Virus record (IMG/VR): IMGVR_UViG_3300024269_000002
Origin: a virus
Lineage: Duplodnaviria > Heunggongvirae > Uroviricota > Caudoviricetes
Length of the DNA stretch: 64,000 nt
Direction: 5' to 3' (one strand)
Part shown: in pieces, positions 56,710-64,000 of the stretch
How positions within the stretch are numbered: position 1 is the stretch's first letter
Layout: each line of letters begins with the position of its first letter
The notes under the pieces: model-generated
What the model saw: only the letters and a program-made list of their open reading frames with translations
What the model was told of the DNA's origin: nothing
Databases searched by the model: none
Program-made: the position numbers and the translations under genes

Positions 56710-56787
56710 CCGGGTGTAGCTCAGTTTGGCTAGAGCGCGTGATTTGGGATCACGAGGCCGCGAGTTCGAGTCTCGCCACTCGGACCA
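56710..56787 (+). tRNA. tRNA-Pro(TGG)
   Basis: cgtga-tt TGG ga-tcacg, CCA. Confidence 0.93.
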
Positions 56788-56795
56788 TCATATCT

Positions 56796-56870
56796 GGTGT
56801 CTTGGTATAAAGGTTATTATTTCGGACTGTCTCTCCGAAGATAGGGGTTCGAGTCCCCTAGACATCGCCA
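56796..56870 (+). tRNA. tRNA-Asp(GTC), divergent copy
   Basis: tcgga-ct GTC tc-tccga, GCCA. Confidence 0.85.
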
Positions 56871-56876
56871 TAAGAT

Positions 56877-56971
56877 GCTCCAATAGCTCAATTGGTAGAG
56901 CGGCGGATTTATGCTCCGTTTAGCGCCAGATTAGCGCGAGGTTCTGGGTTCGAGCCCTAGTTGGAGCACCA
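56877..56971 (+). tRNA. tRNA with TAT anticodon (Ile) and long variable arm
   Basis: gcgga-tt TAT gc-tccgt; extra arm gcgc-cagatta-gcgc; CCA. Confidence 0.7.
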
Positions 56972-56995
56972 ATACATAACTTGGAGTTGATTTAG

Positions 56996-57271
56996 TTGAG
57001 TTCTGAAAAGAAGTGTTCAGGCGTTCAATTCATAACATATGAAGAGTTTGATAAGTTGCATACAAAGCAGTTACTGGCTATGCGGCATAAGGAAACTGAT
57101 CCTTATTTCTGTGATTATGTTTGTCCTGGTTGTTGTGCAATGAGTGACTGTGAATCTGCAAGAGAGCACAACTATAAAACTCTCCGAGAAGTTCTTGCTA
57201 CAAGACCTCATGTGCTTAACAAACAAGAAAGTAAAGCACTACGTAAACAGCGCAAGAAACAAGGTAAATAA
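56996..57271 (+). CDS. Cys-rich basic hypothetical protein
   Basis: GGAG RBS, TTG start. Confidence 0.55.
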   Translation: MSSEKKCSGVQFITYEEFDKLHTKQLLAMRHKETDPYFCDYVCPGCCAMSDCESAREHNYKTLREVLATRPHVLNKQESKALRKQRKKQGK

Positions 57272-57392
57272 ATTGATACGGGCAGTTAAGTATGTTTACG
57301 ATACTGTTGGTTTAGTTCATGACTGTACTGACGTATATGTGAAAACTTAGTCGGTGCGCAACGATGTTCTTCGGACGCTGTCCCTTTAATTT

Positions 57393-57467
57393 GCCTCAGT
57401 AGCCAAGCGGTAAGGCACGATCTTCATACGGTCGCTATCGTAAGTTCAAATCTTACCTGAGGCACCA
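57393..57467 (+). tRNA. tRNA-Met(CAT), elongator-like
   Basis: cgatc-tt CAT ac-ggtcg, CCA. Confidence 0.85.
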
Positions 57468-57477
57468 AGATGCGTAT

Positions 57478-57554
57478 GCTCCCTTAGCTCAGCTGGCTAG
57501 AGCACTTGACTCTTAATCAAGGGGTCCTCGGTTCGAACCCGAGAGGGAGTACCA
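57478..57554 (+). tRNA. tRNA-Lys(CTT)
   Basis: cttga-ct CTT aa-tcaag, CCA. Confidence 0.92.
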
Positions 57555-57560
57555 AGATAT

Positions 57561-57639
57561 ACATCCGTAGCTCAGTAGGAATTAGAGCGCTTGACTACGA
57601 ATCAAGAGGTCGTGGGTTCGAGCCCTACCGGATGTGCCA
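57561..57639 (+). tRNA. tRNA-Arg(ACG)
   Basis: cttga-ct ACG aa-tcaag, GCCA. Confidence 0.92.
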
Positions 57640-57892
57640 ACACCCTGCCATGATGCAAGGGGACTCGCTGCAGAGGACAAATGTGCAGACTCCGTGCAAG
57701 TTAAGGTGGAATCTTGCTTTATTGAATTGTTAGCGACAATGATCGACTAACGAGACTACGAAGTGTTACATGGGATCGTCTTCCGTAGTAACATGGAGTC
57801 TTGATTAGGGTTGTGAGGCTTCCACAGGACGATGTAGAAATCCGCTAAGGAACAAAGATTGGATTTTGAAAGAAAACTCTCAACGCGTTTAT

Positions 57893-57969
57893 GCGGGGTT
57901 AGCTCAGCCGGTTAGAGCACATGCCTTACAAGCATGGGGTCACTGGTTCGAATCCAGTACTCCGCACCA
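57893..57969 (+). tRNA. tRNA-Val(TAC)
   Basis: catgc-ct TAC aa-gcatg, CCA. Confidence 0.93.
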
Positions 57970-58090
57970 AGCCGACACTGGCAACATCAATAAGACCAGA
58001 AGGAAAAACCATCTGTTTGCTGGATGTTAACATGTTGAAACATGTCGTATCTCCGCAGGGGTTGATACGTAAATGAATCTCTGCTTTTAT

Positions 58091-58170
58091 GGGCGTATAG
58101 ACAAATTTGGATCATAGTCACCAGCCTTTCACGCTGGAGTTTGCGGGTTCGAGCCCCGCTACGCTCACCA
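58091..58170 (+). tRNA. tRNA-Glu(TTC)
   Basis: ccagc-ct TTC ac-gctgg, CCA. Confidence 0.9.
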
Positions 58171-58585
58171 TTCACTCATTGATGCAGTTCGGTGAGTTCT
58201 GCTTGTAGGTGAAGCTGAAACCTTCATTGAGAGTCTCTGCATAGAGACAATCATCAGTCCTCGGAATGAGGCGGCTATGAAGCAAGGGCTCGTTATGGGA
58301 GTGCTTGTGGAGCCTCTACCAACGTTTGCAGGTCCAAGTAATGAGGAGGTTGCGTTATTCCATAACTACCGCTTGAATGGCGATAAAACTGCATGAACTG
58401 CTAGTACGATGCAAACAAGAGCATCAGCAACAGCAAGTAGTTTGAGGTTGCATAATCTTGTCGGTTTCGGCAACGGAAACATGGTTAATATTGCTGTTGT
58501 GGCAGAGCTTGGCTGCCTTTAACAAGCTGGAGGCGCACGTGGCTCCATTAGAACACTAGTCGCGAATAGTGTCCACGTATCCTCT

Positions 58586-58663
58586 GGTCTCATCGTCTAG
58601 TCTGGTTTAGGACGGTAGCCTCTCAAGCTACAAACATGGGTTCAAATCCCGTTGGGATCACCA
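58586..58663 (+). tRNA. tRNA-Glu(CTC)
   Basis: gtagc-ct CTC aa-gctac, CCA. Confidence 0.9.
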
Positions 58664-58707
58664 AACTTCAATCGAAGTTCCCTCAATTACATATAAGGAG
58701 AAACGAT

Positions 58708-59022
58708 ATGGAACGTGGAAGTATGTATCATCGTAAAATGAGAGCAAAGCACATCCGTCGTAAGAAGCGTATTGCTAGTAGATACTGGCATGCAGATGAG
58801 TATCCTTATTACAAGTATGACGGAATGTATTCCAAGGGCAAGATTCATTGCTCATGTCCGCTGTGTGCATCCAAGACGAATCATAAAGGTTCAAAGTGGA
58901 AGGGCGGATCTGGTGAAGTAAAGAATTGGAAACATTCCGATCTGCAGAGATTGCAGTTACTGCATGATCAAATTGTTGACCTTTATGCAGGAGTGGCGGA
59001 ATCGGTAGACGCGCACGTTTGA
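58708..59022 (+). CDS. basic Zn-binding hypothetical protein (3' end overlaps tRNA-Leu)
   Basis: AAGGAG RBS; KGKIHCSCPLC. Confidence 0.6.
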   Translation: MERGSMYHRKMRAKHIRRKKRIASRYWHADEYPYYKYDGMYSKGKIHCSCPLCASKTNHKGSKWKGGSGEVKNWKHSDLQRLQLLHDQIVDLYAGVAESVDAHV

Positions 59023-59072
59023 GGGGCGTGTGGCGCAAAGCTGTACGGGTTCAAGTCCCGTTTCCTGCACCA
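58987..59072 (+). tRNA. tRNA-Leu(GAG)
   Basis: cacgt-tt GAG gg-gcgtg, CCA. Confidence 0.9.
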
Positions 59073-59158
59073 ACTTATTCAACTAGGAAAGGATGAAGGA
59101 TCCTATGCTCTGGATCATGGCCGTCTTCTAACATCTTTATTTATAAGGAGTTAGAAAT

Positions 59159-59458
59159 ATGAGTCGTTCTTACAAGAAAACAGCCTGGTGTGGTGATAGT
59201 GGCAAGAAAGATATGCGTCGTATCGCTAACAGTGTTGTCCGTTCGAAGTTGAAACAAGACCCCGATTGTATTCCTCGTCGCGGAAAAGCTTATCGTAAGT
59301 TGTTTGAATCATATGAAATTTGTGATTACGGTTGGCTCTGTACTTGGGAACAATACTGGGCACGCGAGCTTGAATACCAGAAAGAAGGTTGTAGCTTTGC
59401 TCATGAGAGTAAAGAAGAGGCTTTTAGATACTGGATCAAGTGGTATCGTAACAAATGA
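59159..59458 (+). CDS. basic hypothetical protein (MSRSYKK N-terminus)
   Basis: AAGGAG RBS. Confidence 0.65.
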   Translation: MSRSYKKTAWCGDSGKKDMRRIANSVVRSKLKQDPDCIPRRGKAYRKLFESYEICDYGWLCTWEQYWARELEYQKEGCSFAHESKEEAFRYWIKWYRNK

Positions 59459-59488
59459 TTTAATGCGGTGTTTCTTGCACCGCAATAT

Positions 59489-59563
59489 GCAGGTGTAGTA
59501 TATCGGCTATTATATCGGTCTTCCAAACCGAGGAGGTGGGTTCGACTCCCATCACTTGCTCCA
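59489..59563 (+). tRNA. tRNA-Gly(TCC), second copy
   Basis: tcggt-ct TCC aa-accga, TCCA. Confidence 0.88.
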
Positions 59564-59650
59564 TGCCCTCCTTTCCGCTCGCTAGAGAATAATCCTCGAA
59601 GCAATACTGCTGTTGCGAAGTAGTTGGATGAATAAAGTTGCTTCATATTT

Positions 59651-59727
59651 GGTGAGTGTCGCCAAGTGGTTAAGGCAGCGGATTGTGATTCCGCCATTCG
59701 TGAGTTCAACTCTCATCACTCACCCCA
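59651..59727 (+). tRNA. tRNA-His(GTG) with encoded G-1
   Basis: gcgga-tt GTG at-tccgc; G-1 opposite C73; CCA. Confidence 0.92.
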
Positions 59728-59730
59728 AAT

Positions 59731-59819
59731 GACAGCGTAGTCAAGTCCGGTTTAAGACCGCAGTCTGCAAAACTGTTTGACCCGAAAGGGCGTGAGTTCA
59801 AATCTCACCGCTGTCTCCA
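59731..59819 (+). tRNA. tRNA-Cys(GCA) with long variable arm
   Basis: gcagt-ct GCA aa-actgt; extra arm ccc-gaaa-ggg; TCCA. Confidence 0.85.
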
Positions 59820-59903
59820 ATGACCGCTTTTTCTGGATTTGCCAGTTACCGCTTTTTCAAAGGTCTAATCAAGTAAAAATGATTGAATGAAACTGGAACA
59901 TAT

Positions 59904-59980
59904 GCCGAGATAGCTCAGTCCGGTAGAGCGGTAGGTTGAATCCCTACGCGTCGCAGGTCCGAATCCTGCTCTCGGCACCA
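59904..59980 (+). tRNA. tRNA-Phe(GAA)
   Basis: gtagg-tt GAA tc-cctac; T loop TCCGAAT; CCA. Confidence 0.85.
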
Positions 59981-60150
59981 TGACCTGCCGAATGGTCTCC
60001 CTTTACTGCAAGGAAAATAAACGGTTGGTTTGTTGCATACCAGTACAGCAGTAAGTACAAGGTAACAAGGTAGCATATCGTAATGATGGGATTCTGCGCG
60101 ATATGTAAAAAGTCATCAACGGCATTGCAAGGCTTGCGATGACATAATCT

Positions 60151-60227
60151 GGCTCCATAGTTCAGTTGGTCAGAACGCCGGCCTGTCACGCCGGAGGTCA
60201 GGGGTTCAAGTCCCCTTGGAGTCGCCA
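60151..60227 (+). tRNA. tRNA-Asp(GTC), canonical copy
   Basis: ccggc-ct GTC ac-gccgg, GCCA. Confidence 0.93.
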
Positions 60228-60354
60228 AGGCGCTGATAGGTAACAAAATGTAGCAGCGACAGTGGGCACTACAAAGTGTGTTAACAAACTAAGATGTGTG
60301 GGCAGCTGAGGACCTAACCTTAGCCTCTATTATAAGATAAGTTGGGATGTTATC

Positions 60355-60576
60355 ATGATTAAAGCTGGTTCTTGCTACAGACATTTCAAAGGAAACACTT
60401 ACAGAGTTCTTGCTATTGCACAGCATACTGAGACAGATGAGAAGATGGTTGTATACCAAGCACTTTACGGATCGGGAAAAATCTATGTAAGACCTTATGA
60501 TATGTTTTGTTCGGAAGTGGATTTAACAAAGTACCCTAACTGTAAACAGAAATATCGATTCGAACTCGTAAGTTAA
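60355..60576 (+). CDS. DUF1653-like protein
   Basis: YRHFKG..Y.V...A.HTET.E.MVVYQALY...YVRPYDMF. Confidence 0.8.
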   Translation: MIKAGSCYRHFKGNTYRVLAIAQHTETDEKMVVYQALYGSGKIYVRPYDMFCSEVDLTKYPNCKQKYRFELVS

Positions 60577-60584
60577 ATAAATAT

Positions 60585-60661
60585 GCTCCAGTAGCTCAGC
60601 TGAATAGAGCAAGCGCCTTCTAAGCGCTAGGTCGGGGGTTTGAGTCCCTTCTGGAGTACCA
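60585..60661 (+). tRNA. tRNA-Arg(TCT)
   Basis: agcgc-ct TCT aa-gcgct, CCA. Confidence 0.88.
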
Positions 60662-60778
60662 AAGTAGGTGACTGGATTTTTGGAATTTAGGGGCCGGCTC
60701 CTCTGAAATAGTTAGTCAATCTTAAAACAGGAAACGCCGTCTGTGCCTACTTAGTTAAAAACATCGAGGTAAGTAGAA

Positions 60779-61012
60779 TTGATAAAGTCTGTAAGATTTG
60801 AATCAAAAGAAGATCTGTACAAGTTTAGTGAACTTGCAAGTCAGGAAGATTTCAACATCTACATTAGTACTGCTTATGGTCAGCTGGATGCAAAAAGTCT
60901 TCTTGCGTTATTCACAATTCTGGGTCAGGATGTCAACATTGTTGCTCCCGATCATGCAAGTGTGGATAAGTTCCACAAGTTCTTAGACAAGTATGCAGCT
61001 TCTATTAAATAA
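60779..61012 (+). CDS. HPr-family protein lacking the His15 motif
   Basis: DAKSLLAL Ser46-type motif, about 77 aa; no GLHARP. Confidence 0.65.
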   Translation: MIKSVRFESKEDLYKFSELASQEDFNIYISTAYGQLDAKSLLALFTILGQDVNIVAPDHASVDKFHKFLDKYAASIK

Positions 61013-61043
61013 GAAACAGTTTGATAACTGAGGGTTGAGTTTT

Positions 61044-61439
61044 ATGAAGATTGGATTGTTTCCTATGTGCGGAGATGTTCTGCACGCAGGGCATATAGCA
61101 GCCTTGAAAGAGGCAAGAGAGCATTGTGATTTCTTGATTGTTGCATTGAATACTCATCCAGATGGCAAGAGTCCTGTTGAGAGCGTATATGAGCGTTACA
61201 CAAAGCTTGCTGAATTGAAGTGCGTGGATCAAGTTATTCCTTATCAAGGAAAGAAAGATATGGAGTTACTTGCAGCTACATTGAATTACAACATCCGCTT
61301 TCTTGGTAATGATTATGTACACAAGGATTGGGATGGAAAACAGCAAGAGAAGAATCGTTGTATTCCGCCGTATTTCATGCAAAGAGATCTTCATGGCCTA
61401 TCTTCTACTCAACTGAAAGAAAGAATCAAGAGCTCGTAA
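61044..61439 (+). CDS. cytidylyltransferase-like protein (TagD-type)
   Basis: DVLHAGH (HxGH), LIVAL, LSSTQLK. Confidence 0.8.
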   Translation: MKIGLFPMCGDVLHAGHIAALKEAREHCDFLIVALNTHPDGKSPVESVYERYTKLAELKCVDQVIPYQGKKDMELLAATLNYNIRFLGNDYVHKDWDGKQQEKNRCIPPYFMQRDLHGLSSTQLKERIKSS

Positions 61440-61451
61440 GAGCTCACACAT

Positions 61452-61528
61452 GCTCGCGTAGCTCAGATGGTCAGAGCGCACGACTGATAATCGTGAGGTC
61501 GCTGGTTCAATTCCAGCCGTGAGCACCA
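61452..61528 (+). tRNA. tRNA-Ile(GAT)
   Basis: cacga-ct GAT aa-tcgtg, CCA. Confidence 0.93.
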
Positions 61529-61681
61529 ACATCATTGTATATATTGATATGAAAACAAATGCTTACAAGAAAACAACTACAAAAGAATGTGCATGGTGTG
61601 ATTATAGAGTCTGCCGAAAAGGCCATAAATGTAGTTGGTATAAGAAATATGTTAAGCAGTTTAACAAGAAGGGTAGATACA

Positions 61682-62026
61682 ATGAAGTTCAAGAATGAAG
61701 AGTTTACAAGTGAGTACAACAGAGATGCTCATTTTGTTAAGCACAAGAAACAGTTTTCAAGAGAGCTAACTGCAGCTGAATATGAAAACCTTGCAGATAA
61801 GCTACAGAGAACACCTGTTAACAACAAGGACATTCTTGGCTACATGTCTCTAACAAAAGAGGGTAGAACAGCTTACTGTAAGTACGATAGAAATCAAGAG
61901 CTATTTGTTGTCTATACTTACCGTAAAGGTACACCTTACACAATTACTTGTTACAAGAAGAATTGGAGAGATTTCAATGGCGATAAAGCTATTGAGTACT
62001 TCGATGAAATTCCTTCTGGAAAATAA
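61682..62026 (+). CDS. hypothetical protein resembling polymorphic-toxin RNase tips
   Basis: HFVKHKKQF...EY..LA...YD...LFVV...TITCYK pattern; start uncertain. Confidence 0.45.
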   Translation: MKFKNEEFTSEYNRDAHFVKHKKQFSRELTAAEYENLADKLQRTPVNNKDILGYMSLTKEGRTAYCKYDRNQELFVVYTYRKGTPYTITCYKKNWRDFNGDKAIEYFDEIPSGK

Positions 62027-62086
62027 GTTGATTTAATCCAAAGCATACATTATAATATGTTTATAAATAATGTGGAGGATTTGATT

Positions 62087-62299
62087 ATGGATATTCGCAA
62101 GACTCGTGAGTTTCTGGAGTTTGGATTCAACGTTGTTATTTGTCCTGTTTGTGGCAAAGAGACATTAGATAATCACTTCATCTGTCCTCATTGTGGTTGG
62201 GAATATGATAGTACTGTTGAAAGTCTTGAGCAGTTCTCTTCGGCAAACCAATCCACTATTGAAGAATACAAGAGCGAAGAAATTAAAAAATCTTTGTAA
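62087..62299 (+). CDS. CPCC-type cysteine-rich protein
   Basis: CPVCG...ICPHCGWEYD...SSAN; own promoter at 62028-62056. Confidence 0.65.
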   Translation: MDIRKTREFLEFGFNVVICPVCGKETLDNHFICPHCGWEYDSTVESLEQFSSANQSTIEEYKSEEIKKSL

Positions 62300-62348
62300 A
62301 ATACCTTGTATTCTTGGAATATCTATTGTATATTATATATGTAAATAT

Positions 62349-62424
62349 TGCGGAGTAGAGCAGTGGTAGCTCGTCAGCCTCATAAGCTGAAGGCCGTAGG
62401 TTCGAGTCCTACCTCTCGCAACCA
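62349..62424 (+). tRNA. tRNA-Met(CAT), initiator-like
   Basis: fMet-type D arm (agagcagtggtagctcg), tcagc-ct CAT aa-gctga, ACCA. Confidence 0.82.
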
Positions 62425-62532
62425 TAAAAGACCACACGGGAAGTATCCTCACGCTCCAACACAAGATGTTGTAGGATGACTTAATAGAAAGTAGAGGCTA
62501 GTGGTGTCTAACGTTCCGCTTCCCGTTTATTT

Positions 62533-62609
62533 GCCGGTATAGCTCAGTTGGCTAGAGCAGCTGATTTGTAATCAGCAGGTCGGGGGTTCGAGTCCGTCTA
62601 CCGGCTCCA
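62533..62609 (+). tRNA. tRNA-Thr(TGT)
   Basis: gctga-tt TGT aa-tcagc, TCCA. Confidence 0.93.
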
Positions 62610-62645
62610 TAATGTACCTTGACAAGTGCATAGTAAAATATATAA

Positions 62646-63289
62646 TCATTGACAACTCAGTGCAGAACGAATACCATCGTGCTGAGAACTCGATCCTGCC
62701 TGCGGGCGCCTGGAGTGCGAAAACATTCACGAACGATAGCTTGTGATAGCTAGAGGGTTTATGGAGTGATTCATAGATTCCGCCTCTGAACTGAGGTCCA
62801 GGATGGAAGAGTGTGCTGACATAGTTGCAATCAAAGATACCGTCTTATCGCTTCCACAATAGACAGCTTGGTTAACAGCCGAGCCGAATCCAAGTTAGGT
62901 ATTAGCTGGTGACTGTTACAAACCTTGGAAAGACCAACAAGGAAGTTTGCGTTGATCCCTCAGCAATGAGGAGTATAAGATAAGGTCGGAGGTGCGAGTA
63001 GCTCAAACGCAATTGACGTAAGATGATGCTGTAAAGAACTTGGATAGTAATAGAAAAAGTTACTAATATTATCAAAATTTCTGAATGGCGAGTGAAAGTT
63101 GCAAGTACCCAATCTTGCATGGGATTTGGAATTACTAGTTGAGAATTTACCGAGTAATCGGTATCAGGTCCTATGTTAATTCTGGGGCAAGAAGTTTATG
63201 GTGGACGCATCATAGGCTCAGACTTGTCTCCCCATTGATCGAATATGGTTGAGGACTAAACAGTTGGTAAGGCGAAGGCCTGTTGATGA
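62646..63289 (+). ncRNA. large ornate ncRNA candidate (ROOL/GOLLD-like)
   Basis: About 640 nt without a credible ORF, next to tRNAs; ends pair (tcattgaca/tgttgatga); many internal hairpins. Confidence 0.5.
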
Positions 63290-63343
63290 ACTTATATATT
63301 TTACTATGTGCTTGTCTGAGTGTTTTTCATTCCTCCTTTCGTG

Positions 63344-63381
63344 ATAACGAGCTTGTCGATAAGTTGACAAGCTCGTTATTT
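63344..63381 (+). terminator. terminator-like hairpin
   Basis: ataacgagcttgtcga/ttgacaagctcgttat followed by T-rich tract. Confidence 0.7.
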
Positions 63382-63416
63382 GTTTGTTCATTTCTACAAT
63401 AACTGTTATTTTATAG

Positions 63417-63445
63417 TTGATTACACTACATAACTATTATATAAT
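63417..63445 (+). promoter_or_regulatory. sigmaA-like promoter
   Basis: TTGATT-N17-TATAAT followed by GTAAAATA; AACTGTT just upstream. Confidence 0.75.
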
Positions 63446-63477
63446 ACTAGTGTAAAATATAACATGGAGGTAATGTT

Positions 63478-63747
63478 ATGAAGTATGGCAAATGTAACTT
63501 TGATTCAGTTAGATGGATAGTCAGAGATGATGATGGTTCCCTTGAATGGAAAGAAGGAACCTTGGAAGAAGCCAAAGCTGATATTGAGCAGGATTCCGGA
63601 ACATGTGCACTTTTCTTTCCAAAAGATGTTGAAGGATTAGGTCATCCTATCAATCCTGATGTAAGCAGAACTCAGTTTGAAAAGGAACCTGGAATCTTTG
63701 GTGTCTGTTACTACAAGGGGTGGAGTGGTTATGTGTTTGAGGGATGA
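63478..63747 (+). CDS. hypothetical protein
   Basis: GGAGG RBS. Confidence 0.6.
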   Translation: MKYGKCNFDSVRWIVRDDDGSLEWKEGTLEEAKADIEQDSGTCALFFPKDVEGLGHPINPDVSRTQFEKEPGIFGVCYYKGWSGYVFEG

Positions 63748-63973
63748 AAATGTTAATCTTCGTCACGTCTTCAAAATTGAAATTTACAACAGCATTGGTC
63801 CTCTTGAACAAGACGAAGTAATTCTTTACAATGCTGATAAAATTGACGAAGAAACCGCCCTTCAAGTTGTAAGGGCAGGAGCATACAGTGAGTATGTGTT
63901 GCATATGAGTATGCGACATTTTGAGGCACTATTTTTGAACAAGGAGCGTGATCCGTTTTGTCCTTTGGTGTAA
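63731..63973 (+). CDS. hypothetical protein
   Basis: GGAG RBS before MCLRDE. Confidence 0.5.
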   Translation: MCLRDENVNLRHVFKIEIYNSIGPLEQDEVILYNADKIDEETALQVVRAGAYSEYVLHMSMRHFEALFLNKERDPFCPLV

Positions 63974-64000
63974 TACAGTATAAGAGTCCTTTCCGTTGTG

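Noticed and set aside
39540-60246. Short ORFs overlapping tRNA genes (e.g. 39540..39797, 56324..56569, 56726..56923, 57506..57733, 59944..60246)
   Set aside because: They are translations of tRNA sequence with no RBS support.
39507-62609. Bacterial chromosome tRNA/rRNA operon or prophage attachment site
   Set aside because: No rRNA, integrase or duplicated tRNA 3' end was seen. The tRNAs are interspersed with phage-type ORFs and the same promoter consensus.
1-64000. Stop-codon reassignment
   Set aside because: Known genes are intact in code 11, TAA, TGA and TAG all end genes, and no CTA, TTA or TCA anticodon tRNA was found.

Overview
This is a 64-kb segment of a large tailed-phage genome. 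Its host is probably an anaerobic Bacillota/Clostridia-type bacterium, inferred from anaerobic RNR, sigmaA-like promoters and HPr/YodL homologues. All credible genes are on the + strand, in standard code 11, and form short units driven by a repeated TTGAT-N17-TATAAT promoter. The left part (1-39 kb) carries nucleotide, DNA and RNA metabolism genes: nrdD/nrdG, ligA, RecJ-like, RNA ligase, PNK-HD, nucleotidyltransferase, NADAR, bS21, thyX, Thg1, a vWA/PurA-like module and a radical SAM enzyme, plus many small hypotheticals. The right part (39.5-63.3 kb) holds about 36 tRNA or tRNA-like genes covering all 20 amino acids, several of them structurally atypical, interleaved with structured non-coding RNAs. 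There are two top candidates for undescribed systems. (1) A Ro60/TROVE gene is followed by five Y-RNA-like cassettes, with a sixth 13 kb upstream. They share a conserved bulged terminal stem, and each displays a different tRNA-derived module (Ser-UGA, Asp-GUC, Ser-GCU and Gln-UUG anticodon hairpins; circularly permuted Pro-GGG and Leu-type tRNA bodies). (2) Six clustered paralogues share an N-terminal MIxxRxxxFETNSSSxH motif and lie just upstream of a radical SAM gene. All calls were read by eye from motifs; no database searches were run.
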